A DNA stretch of 63,943 bases, filler included, from Reticulomyxa filosa (lineage: Eukaryota; Protista; Foraminifera), in assembly GCA_000512085.1 (NCBI GenBank). It is 24 parts of 24 records of this genome, joined end to end, with 100 filler letters (N's around TTAATTAATTAA, not from the genome) between each part and the next. Parts side by side here need not be neighbours in the genome. Positions count along the whole stretch, not along the records: positions 47,883 to 51,787 come from ASPP01015808.1; positions 51,888 to 57,137 come from ASPP01001351.1; positions 57,238 to 59,655 come from ASPP01011034.1; positions 59,756 to 62,360 come from ASPP01019342.1; positions 62,461 to 63,943 come from ASPP01025899.1; 19 more parts are not named here. One strand, 5' to 3'. How positions within the stretch are numbered: the stretch's first letter is position 1; every line of letters begins with the position of its first letter. Of this stretch, positions 51,159 through 63,943 are shown one piece after another. Below the pieces are notes generated by a model. The model was not told the origin of the DNA. It did no database searches and saw only the letters and a list, made by a program, of their open reading frames with translations. The translations under genes and the position numbers were made by a program.

Positions 51159-51787
51159 ATGGGTGTCAACAACACAACACAGGCACCTGGCGCAACAACA
51201 GCAAGTATGTTTTTGTGTGTGCGTATATTTGCCAACAAGCAAAGGAAAAAAAAAAAAAAAAAAGAAACAACAAAAAGCACAAATATCAATAAAGGTGCGA
51301 GCCACGGTGGGGGTCATTGGTGGACGACGTACGAGTCATGGATAATAAAGAACTGGTTATTACTAGCGTACATAGGGGGTGGTGTATTGATCCTTGTGTT
51401 GTTGCTAATCGTTGGGCTGTGTTGGAAAAAAAAAATAAACGAAAAGCGCGAGTTGGTGCGAAGATTGACCGTGCAGCCAGTGAAAGCGACAAGAGCCGTA
51501 ATTACAAGCACAACAACATCACAAGCGACAGAAGTGAAAAAGGAAAGCAAGCAAGCCAGCGACGTTGTCCAAGCAGTGGAATTGGGTGACACCTTGGGAA
51601 CATCTCCACAAATTCAAATACAAAATGACAAGCAGCCGGTGCCACTGTTATCCGATCAGCAAATTGTAGCAACGGATGTGGAAAAGGAAACATCTATAAG
51701 TCCAAGAGGTGATATATATAAATATATATATGTATATATGTTTAAAAAAAAAAAAAAAAAAAAGGTAAAAAAAAAAAAAAAAAAAAA
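51159..51787 (+). CDS. Single-pass membrane protein, divergently transcribed from the BRK1 fusion; 3' truncated
   Basis: MGVNNTT sequon; intron ~51205-51293; TM LLLAYIGGGVLILVLLLIVGLCW followed by KKK. Confidence 0.65.
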
Positions 51788-53189
51788 NNNNNNNNNNNNN
51801 NNNNNNNNNNNNNNNNNNNNNNNNNNNNNNNTTAATTAATTAANNNNNNNNNNNNNNNNNNNNNNNNNNNNNNNNNNNNNNNNNNNNTCTGTGTTCACAT
51901 CACCTTATTGGATTTTGGATCTCCTGCAATTGTTACCCTGCACTGACCCTCCTGCACCCCCCTCCTTTCGTCTTCCTCATTATCTTTCTTCCTTTTTGAC
52001 CGCCTTCCTCGCGACACCCTTGAAACTCCACGCTTGTCAAGGTCACTTTAATTCCCCATTGCAATCCACCGCCTCCAACAACAACAATTACACCTTTTTG
52101 ACATTGTTCTTCCACTCTGATGCTGTGCACAATGTGAAACTGGAATTGGGATCGTCGTTGCAATCAACTCTGGTAAAGTTGGTTCACATTGCATATTCAA
52201 ATCTTTTTCAATCCATATCTTTTGTTTTGTCGTCACATAATAATAGACAATGAAAATTAACCATTGGTCTTGATTTGAATATGACCAATGAGTGTGTGTC
52301 CAACTGCTATCACAACTGACCAACAACGCGGCCATCCATTTGTCAATGCCTTGCTGAACGACAATAGTAATATTTGCAACATGAGTGGGAGCACATTTGT
52401 GCAAACATTTTCAATGGTGCTGAGACTACCGACAAATCCGCAGTGTGTGTGCGAAAATATCGTCAGCTCATTTAAATAACACACACTTATTCCATAATAT
52501 TTCTAACATCAAACTCTTTTAATGCATTTGTCAATCTCTTCTTGTTTTTTTATCTTTCAAGACAATAAATGGATTAAATTATAAGTCTATTTCGAAATTA
52601 TTGTATGTTATTTAAAATAGAATTGGACAAAATGGATGAAACAAGAGAACAAACAGAAAGTAATTAGAAAAATGTAATAATGAACTCATGCAACATTAAT
52701 CAAATAAAAGAATGTCTCATAAAGCTTTTGTTGGTATGACAGAAAACATTTTTACTTAGTATTACTTCAAAGGGCAAACACGCGAATTTAAAGTGAATTT
52801 GATTATTTGCTGTTTGAGACATTTTTTATCTTTATTGTATTTCTTAGCAGATTTTTTTAAAAAATTACAAAAAAACAAGCAATAATACTAAATAATTCCA
52901 ATAATACTGAATAATTGGATAATTACAATTCCAACACACTGTGAAAAATAGCTCATATGTTTTGAAGCAAGTCCTCTCTTGTAATGTCTCCAAAGTATAT
53001 TTAATTTTTGGTGGACAAGCTTTGAATATTGTAGATTTTTAACTCCTTTGTTTCCACAAAAAAACAATAATGCAACCAAATTTCTTCAGTAACTTTTTTT
53101 AAACCGTACTTTCTCAAATATGCAAACGATATTTAAAACAAACAAAAAAAAAGGATATTAAGTACTATTATGTGAAGCCACTTGTAATT

Positions 53190-53640
53190 TAGAATTGCTA
53201 ATGCTAATACTCTGTGATTGAGTCCATTCAAGTGAAATTGCACATATTTGGTGCGCAAGTTCCAAATTTTAATTGTCATGTCTTTCCCCGTACTCGCAAA
53301 GCGTAAATCTTGCTTCAACTTGCGCAATTGAAACGGCTTCCAAGCAATGCTCGTGATTCACTTCTTATGTGCAATCAAACCTTTATTCATCACTTCATAC
53401 GTCGTCCCTTTGCACGTACCCAATGCTTGTGCTTTTCTAACACTTTTTCTGGACTTTGCGACTCCGTATCCCACAAGCAAATACCCGTGGCCACCTGTTT
53501 ACTGTCATTGTGCACCTCCACTGACAGTATTGCCACTCCGTGTGTCCTAACAACTATGTATCACTTTAAACATCGTCTGAGGCTCGTATACTATGCTCAA
53601 TACTTTCTCCATCGCGTTTGGAATTGATCAACACTCGCTT
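53190..53640 (-). pseudogene. NLE1: Notchless/Rsa4-like WD40 pseudogene fragment
   Basis: AHKK*ITSIAWKPFQL..RFASTGKDMTIKIWN matches the GHKKWITSLAWEP..RLASSSKDGT repeat; contains stops and deletions. Confidence 0.6.
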
Positions 53641-54219
53641 TACGTATTCTTCTTTTTGTTGCAATGAATGATATAAAAATTAATATTTATGACACGATCA
53701 CAATTAAAATATTTTTCTCATATATATAATGTGTAATGAATTTTTGTTAAATTGTTTTTGTAATCACTATTTTTGATATAAATGATTGCAACTACCTTTT
53801 GTATGATTAATTTGATTATTATTATGCTAAGTTCCTATCATTGATGTTGTAATAACTTGTTTTCTGCTTTTGATATTTGATTTTTAAAAAACTTGGATAC
53901 GTGCGCTTTGTCATGCGATTTGAATAAGTTCTTTTGTATACATAAATAATACACACAAATTGGAAATTTGTGTATTGGGGAAGAAAGAAGAAAGATATAA
54001 AGATAAGGAAAATGGGAATGTGATCTGAAATGGCTTACATTTTTTAACTATTTGATCGCGTATAAATTTGAAGATATACAAATGGATAGCATTTTGATAG
54101 TCACTTTGTGGCTTCCAACTTTTCAATAAATGCTCTTTCAATGTCAGTTCTTTTGTTGACACATATTTATGAGCTTTTATGCATGTCAGCAGTTATTGTC
54201 ATTGCATTTACTGCTCAAT

Positions 54220-54930
54220 TCATTCATAAGTTTTTATTTCACTGTATTTTCGAGTTAAGAGCAAGTGGGACAATGCGATAATTGCACATTCATATTGTGG
54301 ACCTGCCCCTTTCACTATTGTCAACGGCGATAATGCCGATATGCCACTTCCCATTCCATACACACGTTGCATTACTTTGTCCCCTGCAATTAGCAACTGC
54401 AAAAATACAAGAAAAAAATTTATTAAACACAACTCGTAGTATGTCCCTTACATCCCCTTTCTTTTTTAAAAAAAAACATATGTATATATTGAAATTTTTT
54501 CAGGAAAAATGATAAATGATCTGAAAATTCTTTTTTAAAGAATGGTTGAAAAATAAAAAAAAATGTGCATTTTACCAGAGACACATATGCCAAAGCATCG
54601 CCGCAGTAATGACAATTGCACAAAGCTTTTTGCGCATATCTTCCTTGTTGAATAATCAATTAATAGTTGCATTACTAAAGATGAAACCACTACTGGAGGT
54701 ATCACCATTTCCGTCAATGTTCCAAAGTTTGACGCTAGAACCGCTCGGAGCCAATACCATGGGTCTGGCGTCTTGTCACCAATTCGAATACAATACAAAT
54801 CCGTTTGAGAAACCACCAAAAACACTAACAACCAACACAATGCCCAAAACAATTCGTCTTGAAGAGGTACACATTTTTCTGTGAGTTCGATGGAAGGTAT
54901 ATCTGCGAAAGATTTTAATTGGTAAAAAAT
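54220..54930 (-). pseudogene. SEC61A: Sec61-alpha pseudogene (N-terminal half) with a retained intron
   Basis: DPWYWLRAVLASNFGTLTEMVIPPVVVSSLVMQLL, AQK, GM*G, YGMGSGIS, YECAIIALSHLLLTR; frameshift, stop and in-frame deletions. Confidence 0.85.
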
Positions 54931-55261
54931 TTTTGAGATTTGACGCGTTTTGATATTTTTTTTTGTGATTTTGAAGAGAAGATATAATACAAAGTGATTA
55001 TCGTAAAACAAGTGAATATAAATTCTTATATGATTTAGATATTTGAAACAATAAAAAAATAATTCTATACAAAAAAATAAAGTTTCAAATGAGGTTACTT
55101 ACTTATTTCTTAAAAAAAAAAAACAAATTTACATTTTATTTTATTTTTTTTTGCTGTTGAAAAATCATTTGATTTTTTAACAAAAAATTTTAATTATACC
55201 TTGCAACGAACCATAACATAACTTGACATTATAATTATTTAATTCTTTCACTAATACGAAT

Positions 55262-55468
55262 TTAATTATAAGTTTTCCCATCTGCTTTATTTCTATTTAA
55301 TAGAATTCTACTAAATTCAATCTTATATGATCGAATATTCCAAAACAGAATTGTATCATCACCAAAAAAATAATTTGGATATTTTGATATTGATTTATAA
55401 TTAGATAATGGATATAAATACTCTTTTGAACAACTTGTTATAGTGCAATATGGAATCATTCCATTCAT
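55262..55468 (-). pseudogene. WD40 pseudogene remnant of the same family as 63184-63943
   Basis: DDTILFWNIRSYKIE resembles DNTIRFWDIRSNKNE. Confidence 0.5.
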
Positions 55469-57237
55469 GCAAATCTTATTTATGTTTCAATCAAATATAA
55501 GTGCAAAGAAATATCAATAAAATGTCTAAATTGTACGAAAAATAGTTGAAATTATTTTTCCGAAGATTTTGATACTAATAACAAATTTAGTAAATTTTAT
55601 CAAAACTCTATCACCAGTGGAAGAAACATTAACAAAAAAAGAACATTTTATAATTAATTTAATATATAATAATTTAACACTTTTTGTTTAGAAATTTTCT
55701 TAAAATAAAAAGTGTATTGCATATAAGATAGTTATTATGATATATGCTATTTCTCTTTGTCAAAATCGAAAATACTATTTGCCACTTCTCTTTGATATCA
55801 AAATATAAAATATATTTTTAATCAATATGAAATTTTAATTGAATATGTCTTTCGATATGTTGTTTAAAATTACAATAACATTCTTTAACTGACATAAAGT
55901 GCATTTAAATAAATACCCTGTACCAAAAATGAGCATATGCACAACACATTTTAAAATTTTTTTTGTTAAAAGTAGTGTTTTGTTTTTTTTAAAGTTTGGT
56001 AAAATAATGAACAAAAGAATTTTTTTATTGCATCATGTGTAAAGTTGTAAAATATTTTCAGTTGTGTATTGCAAAAATTGTTCAATATCAAGGAAAGAAA
56101 ATCAAAAGGCAAAATTTGCTGTCAACATATCTTTCTCTAGAATGTAACAATGTTTCAAAAGTTAGTACATGAAATTCTGATTGTACTATTCAAATTTGGA
56201 GATAATTTAATTAATTGATTTTCATTGTAATTTTTTAAATGACAAAAAAGAATTCTCGCATTATGTATATAATATGATTATATTTTCGTTTTATTTCTAT
56301 TTGAGAAAAGAAATTTAGTAAACATTATTTTTGTCAACGCAAATTATTTTAAAATCTCAAACTATTACAATTTTGTACAAAAAAGATATAACAATTGTCA
56401 AAAATATTTCAATTTGAAAATTAAATTTAGTTTTTTGTATTACAGTTAGTACCAGTCTCTCACACTTATTCCTAAAGTATACTTGATCACAAATTTGGAT
56501 CAACACCATATGTGTGAGAAAGAGGACAATTATTCGTGGAGTCGGTTATTCTTTTCGAGAATACAATGTGAAATGGTTATTACACATGTCGATACTTATA
56601 CTGGTTTCATTTTTAACTATTGATAATTTTGTTTTTTAAAAGTGAAATTTTTTTTATATGTGTCCATAATCAACTCTTTCTTGGTTGTTATATAAAGATA
56701 TAGGATTCTTCTTTCACAAGTAATAAAAAAATAAGCAATTCAAACAAAGAGTTTCCTAGAATGTAGTTGAATTATTGAAAATGTTGTCCCAAAAGAAAAC
56801 AAGTCAAATGTTTTAAGACAATTTATTTTGACTATTATTAAAATGGGTCTAGGTGAGACTTGCACTCACATCTATGTGGTAGACCATTTATTACTTCTCC
56901 TACATGCTTTAATAATATAAATTCTATTTTTATATTTAAATTTTTTGTCCAATCTATAACACGAGAAAAATCTTTATAATCTAATTTCATAATATTTGAT
57001 CCGCTTGTTCTGTTAATTCAAACGCTTTTTTTGTGTACCATCTTGTAAATCTATTGCGTATCATTTTCTTTGCATACCAAAATACATTCAAATCTAGGAG
57101 TAACTCCAATATTTTTGAACAACTCCAAAACATTAAGNNNNNNNNNNNNNNNNNNNNNNNNNNNNNNNNNNNNNNNNNNNNTTAATTAATTAANNNNNNN
57201 NNNNNNNNNNNNNNNNNNNNNNNNNNNNNNNNNNNNN

Positions 57238-58193
57238 TTTTTTTTTTTAGCTTTTTTTTGGGATATCTCTCAAGCATTTCGGCATTCGACTTTCACTAAT
57301 TTTTCTCTGTTTTTTGGTGGTTTTGGCCTCATCAAGGTCATCACTCGAAGTCTGCGAAATGGATTTGACGACAACAACAAAGGTAGATTTTTTTGAAATT
57401 CGATTTTGAAATTTTTGTTTTAATTGTTGTAGCGAGTGTGTTGCACTCAATAAATTTTCGTTTATCACTTGCTTCAATTCGCTTGTTTTTTTCATTATTT
57501 TTTCATTTTCTTCTTTCATTTCTTTTTCAATTTCTTCCCATATATACATATATATATATATATATATATGTATATGGTGTATATTGTACATCACATAAAC
57601 ATATACGTATATGATTTTTTTTTTTTCATCACAACAACAAAAAACAAATACAAATACAAACCTTACAACACACCTGAGGAAAAGTCTATACCTTTGGTTT
57701 GCATTTTTTCATCTTCTGAAATGACTTGTTCACTCACGGCAGGGTCCGATGGCCATTCGGGCATTGACAAATTGTCTTTATCGTAACTTTGTATATTACC
57801 ATTAATTTCGTCTTCCGTTGTATATTGCTGGTTAAATGTGGTCACTAAAATTTCTGATTCTATTGTCGTGGACTCGGATGCATGTTCATGTCCGGGCGGT
57901 GCAGGTGCAGGCACAAGTGGACGTGGTATATTATGAAATATTTGTTCATTGCCTTTGTGGTTTTGCTCCAATGACACCATCGATGACTCGGATGTTTGAT
58001 TCGAAATATTTTGATTGCTGGACACAATGATATTGGCGTCGTCGCCGCCATGGCTATTATGTTTACTTTTGGTCTCTTGCGAAGACTGCCGCCTTTTTCC
58101 CTCAACATGATACCGATCACTTGACGATATTACAAATGTTGTATCCAAGGAAGAAGAGGTTGTTGACAAATTTTGTGAAGGAACCGTGCCCAT
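57238..58193 (-). CDS. Hypothetical Ser-rich/coiled-coil protein with a possible N-myristoylation site; 3' truncated
   Basis: Starts MGTVPS (MGxxxS); intron ~57662-57540; EEIEKEMKEENEK coiled coil. Confidence 0.5.
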
Positions 58194-58815
58194 GAAACTT
58201 GTTGAGGATATTGAATTTAAAACACCATAAGGGATCACACATTCAATTAGTCCACAACAAAAAAAAAACAACTTTAATTTAAAAAAAAAAACAAAGAAAT
58301 TGTAATCTCCAATTTCAACCAAACAAATCATAAAGAATTAAAGTTGTTTTTCTTTTTTTTATTAAAATAAAGCTCAAACAAAAAAACACATACTACACAC
58401 ACAAAAAAGGAATTTAGAATTGTTTAAAAGAGGAAAAAAATATTGTTTTTAAATTTATTATGAAATGCCACCTCGAATTAACGGCGGAATATATATTCTA
58501 AATAAAAAAATAAAACTAATTCCCTGGCCGATATTTCAAACGAAAGAGTCAAAAATAGCAGAAAAAAGTTTGTTACACTTTAAAAAAAATAAAAATAAAA
58601 TATTGCATTACTTTTCACACGAAAATAAGAAAAATGAGAGAACTTTCCACAAGTCTATTTTACCAATTGTTTTCAGAGCAAAATAAAAAAAAAAAAGGGG
58701 GCACCTTTCTAATTTTTTTTAATTTTTTTTTTGGGTTTATTTGTCATGTTTGAAGAAAAGGAAAGAAGTAAAAGTTGGGAATGATGAGAATTTGGATAAA
58801 GTGGTATTAACAAGT

Positions 58816-59593
58816 TCATTGAACGTCGTCCTTAGAGCTGTCAGTGTTAGCAGATGATAATTTGGAAGCATGATTGTGAACAGTATTAGTGTTAATATTG
58901 GTGTCATTGGAAACAGCAGGCGAGGTAGTTTCAGTATTGCAAAGAACAGCAGGTTGAGCCTGATCGGGAACATTTGTTTCATTGGCATTTTGTTGAGGAG
59001 GATTGTTCGGAATGACATGGTTACCAGGTCCATTTCCGACGGTCTCTTGTTGAGCATCAGGAGGTTGAAATGGAGTTTGGTTGTCTCCAGCGTCTGCTCC
59101 TGGATGAGACTGTAGAGGCCCAAAAGTTGGAGTGCTAGTGTTGCTATTGTTATTGTTATTGTTATTGTTATTGTTATTGTTATTGTTATTGTTATTGTTA
59201 TTGTTATTGTTATTGTTATTGTTATTGTTATTGCTATTGCAGTGAGTAGAATCGATGAAATTGTGTTGCAATTGTTGTTGAAACAAATGTTGGACAGAAG
59301 GATAGAGTGCCAAGTTGACATCGAGCAAGTCGGCAATGACCTGGGGATTTCCCCCTCGGAGCAATTCTTCGATCGCGATCAAGCTCTTTCCAGACAACAA
59401 AGTGACTCCTTTGTCGCTGAAGTTGACACTCCGAATCGTGACTCCACGCAATTTGGCGATTAATTCCATTGCTACCTTTGTGCGAATTATCGAATCCTCG
59501 GATAATTTTAGTGAGTGCAGATTGACTCTTGCCGAAAAGATTTCCCAAAAATTTTCGCTTTGCAGCATTGTCTTCAAATGGTGGGAGAGGGAG

Positions 59594-59595
<2 letters not shown>
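58816..59595 (-). CDS. 3' exon of a hypothetical protein with a poly-Asn tract
   Basis: Long open frame; poly-N encoded by alternating AAT/AAC codons (~59146-59232). Confidence 0.55.
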
Positions 59596-59625
<30 letters not shown>

Positions 59626-60594
59626 TTGTAAATAAAGAAAATCAATAACAATAAANNNNNNNNNNNNNNNNNNNNNNNNNNNNNNNNNNNNNNNNNNNNT
59701 TAATTAATTAANNNNNNNNNNNNNNNNNNNNNNNNNNNNNNNNNNNNNNNNNNNNTATTTTTTCAGTTATTTGTGATTGTTGACAACGAAACTTTTGTAA
59801 ACTTGAAAAAGGTTTTTCCCTTTTGCAGCCTTTTTTTACTACGCTTTCCTTACTAATCTTTCCTTTGTTTGACTCTTAATGTGGTTACAATATCTGATAC
59901 AGTATCACCTTTTGGTGCTTACCAACCATTTCATCACATGAGCTTAAGTCAAATTTTTTCCAGTCCATGTAAGCTATCACTAAATAATACAATTATAATA
60001 TCAATAACGAACCGACCATTACCGACAAAATTAAAAAAAAATGATAAATACCTTACAGGCAGTTTATGAAACGTGTTCGTGAAGGAAAGTATAGATTGAT
60101 TCTCAAGCTTTGACAGTTTTGTCTTTTGAAAAAAATAAATTTAAACAACCAAGTATCATATATTATTGTTATCAAGCTGTATTAATCAAATATTAACAAA
60201 AAGAAATTTTGTTAAATCTACAATACCGTAATCAAGTCAATCCCTTTTATTTATCTTAATTTCCTTCTCTGGGAAGTGTAGTACCTGTATTTTTTTGTAA
60301 ATCAATTGTGGCTTTCATGTTTCAATGCATTGGATTTGATATATTGCTGTTTAAAAAGTTTTGAGTCAGTATACAAATAAGTAACTCGAGAAAAAAAAGC
60401 CAAATTGAAAAAATGTAAACGTGTTTTTTTAATTCGGACGAGCACAAATAGATTTTTAAAAAGTATGAAAGATTTACTTTTATTTATGCAAAGTCGTTGC
60501 AAATTATCGCATGTAGTTGGCCGAGTTCAGAAAATTTTTAATACTTTTCCCCCCAACTCTTTCTGAACATTGTGTTTCGTTAGACAACAAAGAA

Positions 60595-62360
60595 ATGACT
60601 TCAACTTCTAGCCACGGCTTTTCACCAGATAAAGTCGCGCAGTTTAAAGAGGCTTTTGATTTATGGAACACCAATGGCGACACGCACTTAGATAACGACG
60701 AGATGGTGGCAGCAGTCCAAACTCTCGGCGAATACAACACAACATCCCTGAAAAAAATTTTAGAAGAAGTTAATTCATAAGATTGCAACATTTTGTGTTT
60801 TGTTTAATTTTTTTTTTGACGTGATTCAATCAAAAACCAATAATACGTCACCAAAAATTAAAAAAAATAGGTGGACAAGAACAAAGATGGTGTTATTGAC
60901 TTTGATGAGTTTTTGGGTGCCTTGTGGCAATTACAATCAAAAAACGATGCCAGTGGATTTGGTAAAGTTGAGTTGTTGCTGTTGTTCTCCCCACACATAC
61001 ATTGAACTTTTTTAGTAGTTTCAGCAAGTTTTTTTTTTGTGCACAAAAAAAAAGGGGGGCATAAAACGTATACTGCTGAGAAGAAAATATACATGATAAT
61101 TTTTTTTTCTGCAAAAAAGTGTTTGATTCCCTCCTAAAAAAAAGATTTAAAAAGGGAATGTTGAACTTTTTTTCTTCTCTCCCCCCCCCTTCTAAACTAC
61201 TTTCCGTTTAAAATTTTTTTTTTGTAACTTTTGAACATTTGTATTTGAAAAGAATTACAACAAACAAATTTTAAAAAAATGATGGGAAATGTGTGATCCA
61301 AATAAAATAAACATAGTTGGTAAACAAACAAATGGAATTGATTGCCATTGAGAGCAAGTCAGGAGGATTGCATTCGTACGCGAAAGAGGAAATCAGTGCC
61401 TTCGCGAACCATTTGAACTATTGCTTAGGCGATGATCCCGACTTGGATTATTTATTGCCAATCAACCCAGACACGAACGACTTGTTCATGAAAGTGAAAG
61501 ACGGGGTGATTATTGCCAAGTTCATCAATGTGATCGAACCAGAAACCATCGACTGGAGAGCAGTCAACTACAAAAAGGGCGGTGGTTTGAATCAATTCAA
61601 AATCATTGAAAATCAGAACTTGAACATATCCGCTGCTAAGTCCATTGGTACGTATATTTCTGTAGTACTGAAGGGGGGAGAGAGAGGAGGGAATGGTCTT
61701 GGAGATGATCAAAAATGTTTATTTTTGGCGCAAAAGGGGGGGACACATTTTTTTAGTTTGAGAAAGATTATTTTTTTTTTTTTGTTTTTTAAAAAAAAAA
61801 AAAGGGCTTCGCGTTCAAAATCAAAGTGCAGAGGAATTGCGTGATGCCGAAAAGAACCCGACGTTGGTATTGGGTTTCATGTGGCAAGCAGTGAAAATGC
61901 AGTTGTTGGGAAGCATCAACTTGAAAGCCCACCCCGAGTTGATCCGACTGTTGCAAGACGGCGAGGAAATGAACGACTTGTTGGCGTTGCCTCCTGAGGA
62001 AATCTTGAAACGATGGGTCAACTATCACTTGGCCAAAGAAAACTATCCTAAACGCATCAACAACTTTGGAACCGATATCAAAGATGCCAAAGTGTACACA
62101 GTGTTGTTGAAATCCATCAGTGGTGGCAAATGTGATGCGGATCCATTGAACTGGGGAGATACTAACAAACGAGCCCAAAAAGTTTTAGATAACGCTTCTG
62201 CCATTGGTGAGTTTTTTTTCTGTCAAGCCGCTGAGCAGTAATTATAAACTAACTCCCACAAACAAAAATAAAAACAAAAAAAAGGCGCAAACGTGTTTAT
62301 CAAAGCGAAAGATATTGTCGATGGCAACGAGAAATTGAACTTAGCTTTCACGGCCCAATT
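60595..62360 (+). CDS. Fimbrin/plastin (EF-hands plus calponin-homology actin-binding domains), five exons seen, 3' truncated
   Basis: FKEAFDLWNTNGD, VDKNKDGVIDFDEF, HSYAKEEISAFANHLN..LLPINP..VKDGVIIAKFIN..TID, LPPEEILKRWVNYHL, DIVDGNEKLNLAFTAQ. Confidence 0.96.
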
Positions 62361-63183
62361 NNNNNNNNNNNNNNNNNNNNNNNNNNNNNNNNNNNNNNNN
62401 NNNNTTAATTAATTAANNNNNNNNNNNNNNNNNNNNNNNNNNNNNNNNNNNNNNNNNNNNCATTTAGGTATGGCAGTTTTTTTTGCAATCTACTGTATTC
62501 TTTTTTCCAATAAAAACCAATTAATTAAAGAACAGAAATACTATAAAGATATAATGCGTTGAAGTATAAACAAAGTAAAGAGTGATAGTAAATCAAATGC
62601 ATTGAATGAATAATCACCACATATTCTCAGTTACTCAAATTGATAAACTTACTATCGAAACGAAAGTTCCATATGAAGCGGTATACTATTGAATAGCATT
62701 GGAACAAGCACTTATTGCAAAAGCAAATATACACACCATTCAAACAGGAGCATTTTATCGTCGTGATGCATCCACTGATTAAACCTATTTTTAATTGTAT
62801 CTTAATTCAATAGAACGAATCCATTTTTATCGATTTTATTTTGATACTAATGTATTTTATTGTCAAGTCATCCCTTCTTTGTTTGTTTAAGTTTAAGCAT
62901 TTGAATTTAAATAACACGTCATAGTTATATGATTTTTATCTCAACAGATTATTTAATACATTTTGTCATCAAAGTCAATTTTGAAAATGAAGAGTCAACT
63001 CGGTGATTAAGAGTGTAAATGAAAATACTGACATTCCATCAAAAAAAAATTATTATCTTCAATTGAAAGTTACTTTTAAATTGGAGTTACATCTTTATCA
63101 CTTTCATTTTAATTTTTTTATTAAAAAAAGGCTGAAAAAGCTCACATTCACTCAAAGTCAAATTAGCCAACAAGATGTCTTCA

Positions 63184-63943
63184 CTATCCCCAAATACGAA
63201 TCATACCCATAAATGAACCGTAACACAAATTAATACCGTAACAAATATCATCAAACTTTTCTTTTCTTTTCATTCTCTTTTAATTGTAAAAACTTCAAAC
63301 ACATTATTCCTCCATCTTTATCATGTCCCTTGATCATATACAGTTCATTCTTATTTGATCGAATATCCCAAAAACGAATTGTATTATCAGTTGATCCAGA
63401 ACATATCACATTTGAATTAAAAATACTACTCTTTGTCACAAATGGTGAGCATTCAACAGCATATACCTTATGGGTATGTCCATTGAACACTTGAGTCTGT
63501 TCACCAGATCGAATATCCCACAAACGAACACTGAAATCATCTGATCCAGATAATATTGTATTCACTAATTCATTTGATCCATATTTTACACTTCTCACAT
63601 AATTTATATGTCCATTGAATACATTCAATTGTTTTGTTGTTTCAATATCCCATATTTGAATGGTTTTATCAAATGATCCAGAACAAATTGTATATCCATT
63701 TCCACCAATCACACCAATATTATTCATTTTATTATTATTATCGCTTTGTAATGGCGAAATATCAACACACCAAACATAATTTTCATGTCCATTGAAAACA
63801 TGTAATAATTTTGATGTTTTGACATCCCATAAACGAATTGTTTTGTCTAATGATCCAGAACATAAATATCTACCACCATTAAATTGTGAAAATTCAATAC
63901 AACAAATACCAATAGTGTGTCCATTGAATATTTTTAATTGCTT
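63184..63943 (-). CDS. WD40-repeat protein of a lineage-expanded family (5' truncated; apparent frameshift near 63260)
   Basis: Repeats FNGH..CSGSxDKTIRLWD, with the insert NNIGVIGGNGYTICSGS; terminal repeat NLCYGSFMGMIRIWG* lies in a shifted frame. Confidence 0.9.

Noticed and set aside
59146-59232. (GTTATT)n as an interstitial telomere
   Set aside because: It lies inside an ORF as alternating AAT/AAC poly-Asn codons.
48983-62360. BRK1 fusion and fimbrin as an actin gene cluster
   Set aside because: They are on different contigs; the proximity is an artefact of concatenation.
2675-62460. Recurring TTAATTAATTAA as a CRISPR-like or biological repeat; ORFs ending in X..LIN
   Set aside because: Always embedded in exactly 44+44 Ns; it is a synthetic six-frame stop linker.
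1-63943. tRNA, rRNA, CRISPR arrays, intact transposase or reverse transcriptase
   Set aside because: None recognised by eye; covariance-model and HMM scans would be needed to exclude divergent ones.

Overview
This window is not one locus. It is 24 unrelated contigs joined by 23 artificial 100-bp linkers (N44-TTAATTAATTAA-N44), so only neighbours within a contig are meaningful. Twenty-two contigs are AT-rich, intron-containing eukaryotic DNA using the standard code, with homopolymer- and microsatellite-filled introns and many decayed pseudogenes. The WD40 family and overall texture resemble the foraminiferan Reticulomyxa filosa; this is an inference from memory, not verified. Two contigs (20797-22093, 40195-41392) are GC-rich, intronless, alphaproteobacterial-type DNA encoding an ornithine decarboxylase with its long leader, and carB. 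Recognisable eukaryotic genes include a POT/PTR peptide transporter, fimbrin, an RRM protein, a CFAP97-like protein, an NBR1-like FW+UBA protein, a TTP-like tandem CCCH protein, a GPCR-like 7TM protein and WD40 proteins. There are also pseudogenes of Sec61-alpha, Notchless and a multi-CAP-Gly protein. Best leads: (1) a five-exon, phase-consistent gene fusing the SCAR/WAVE subunit BRK1/HSPC300 to a (PQV)n linker and an FKBP domain; (2) a 39-aa SD-led uORF in a structured leader upstream of the bacterial ornithine decarboxylase; (3) introns that often lack a polypyrimidine tract and are instead self-complementary; (4) a Tudor/chromo-barrel protein ending in a prenylation motif. All domain calls come from reading motifs by eye; no searches were run.
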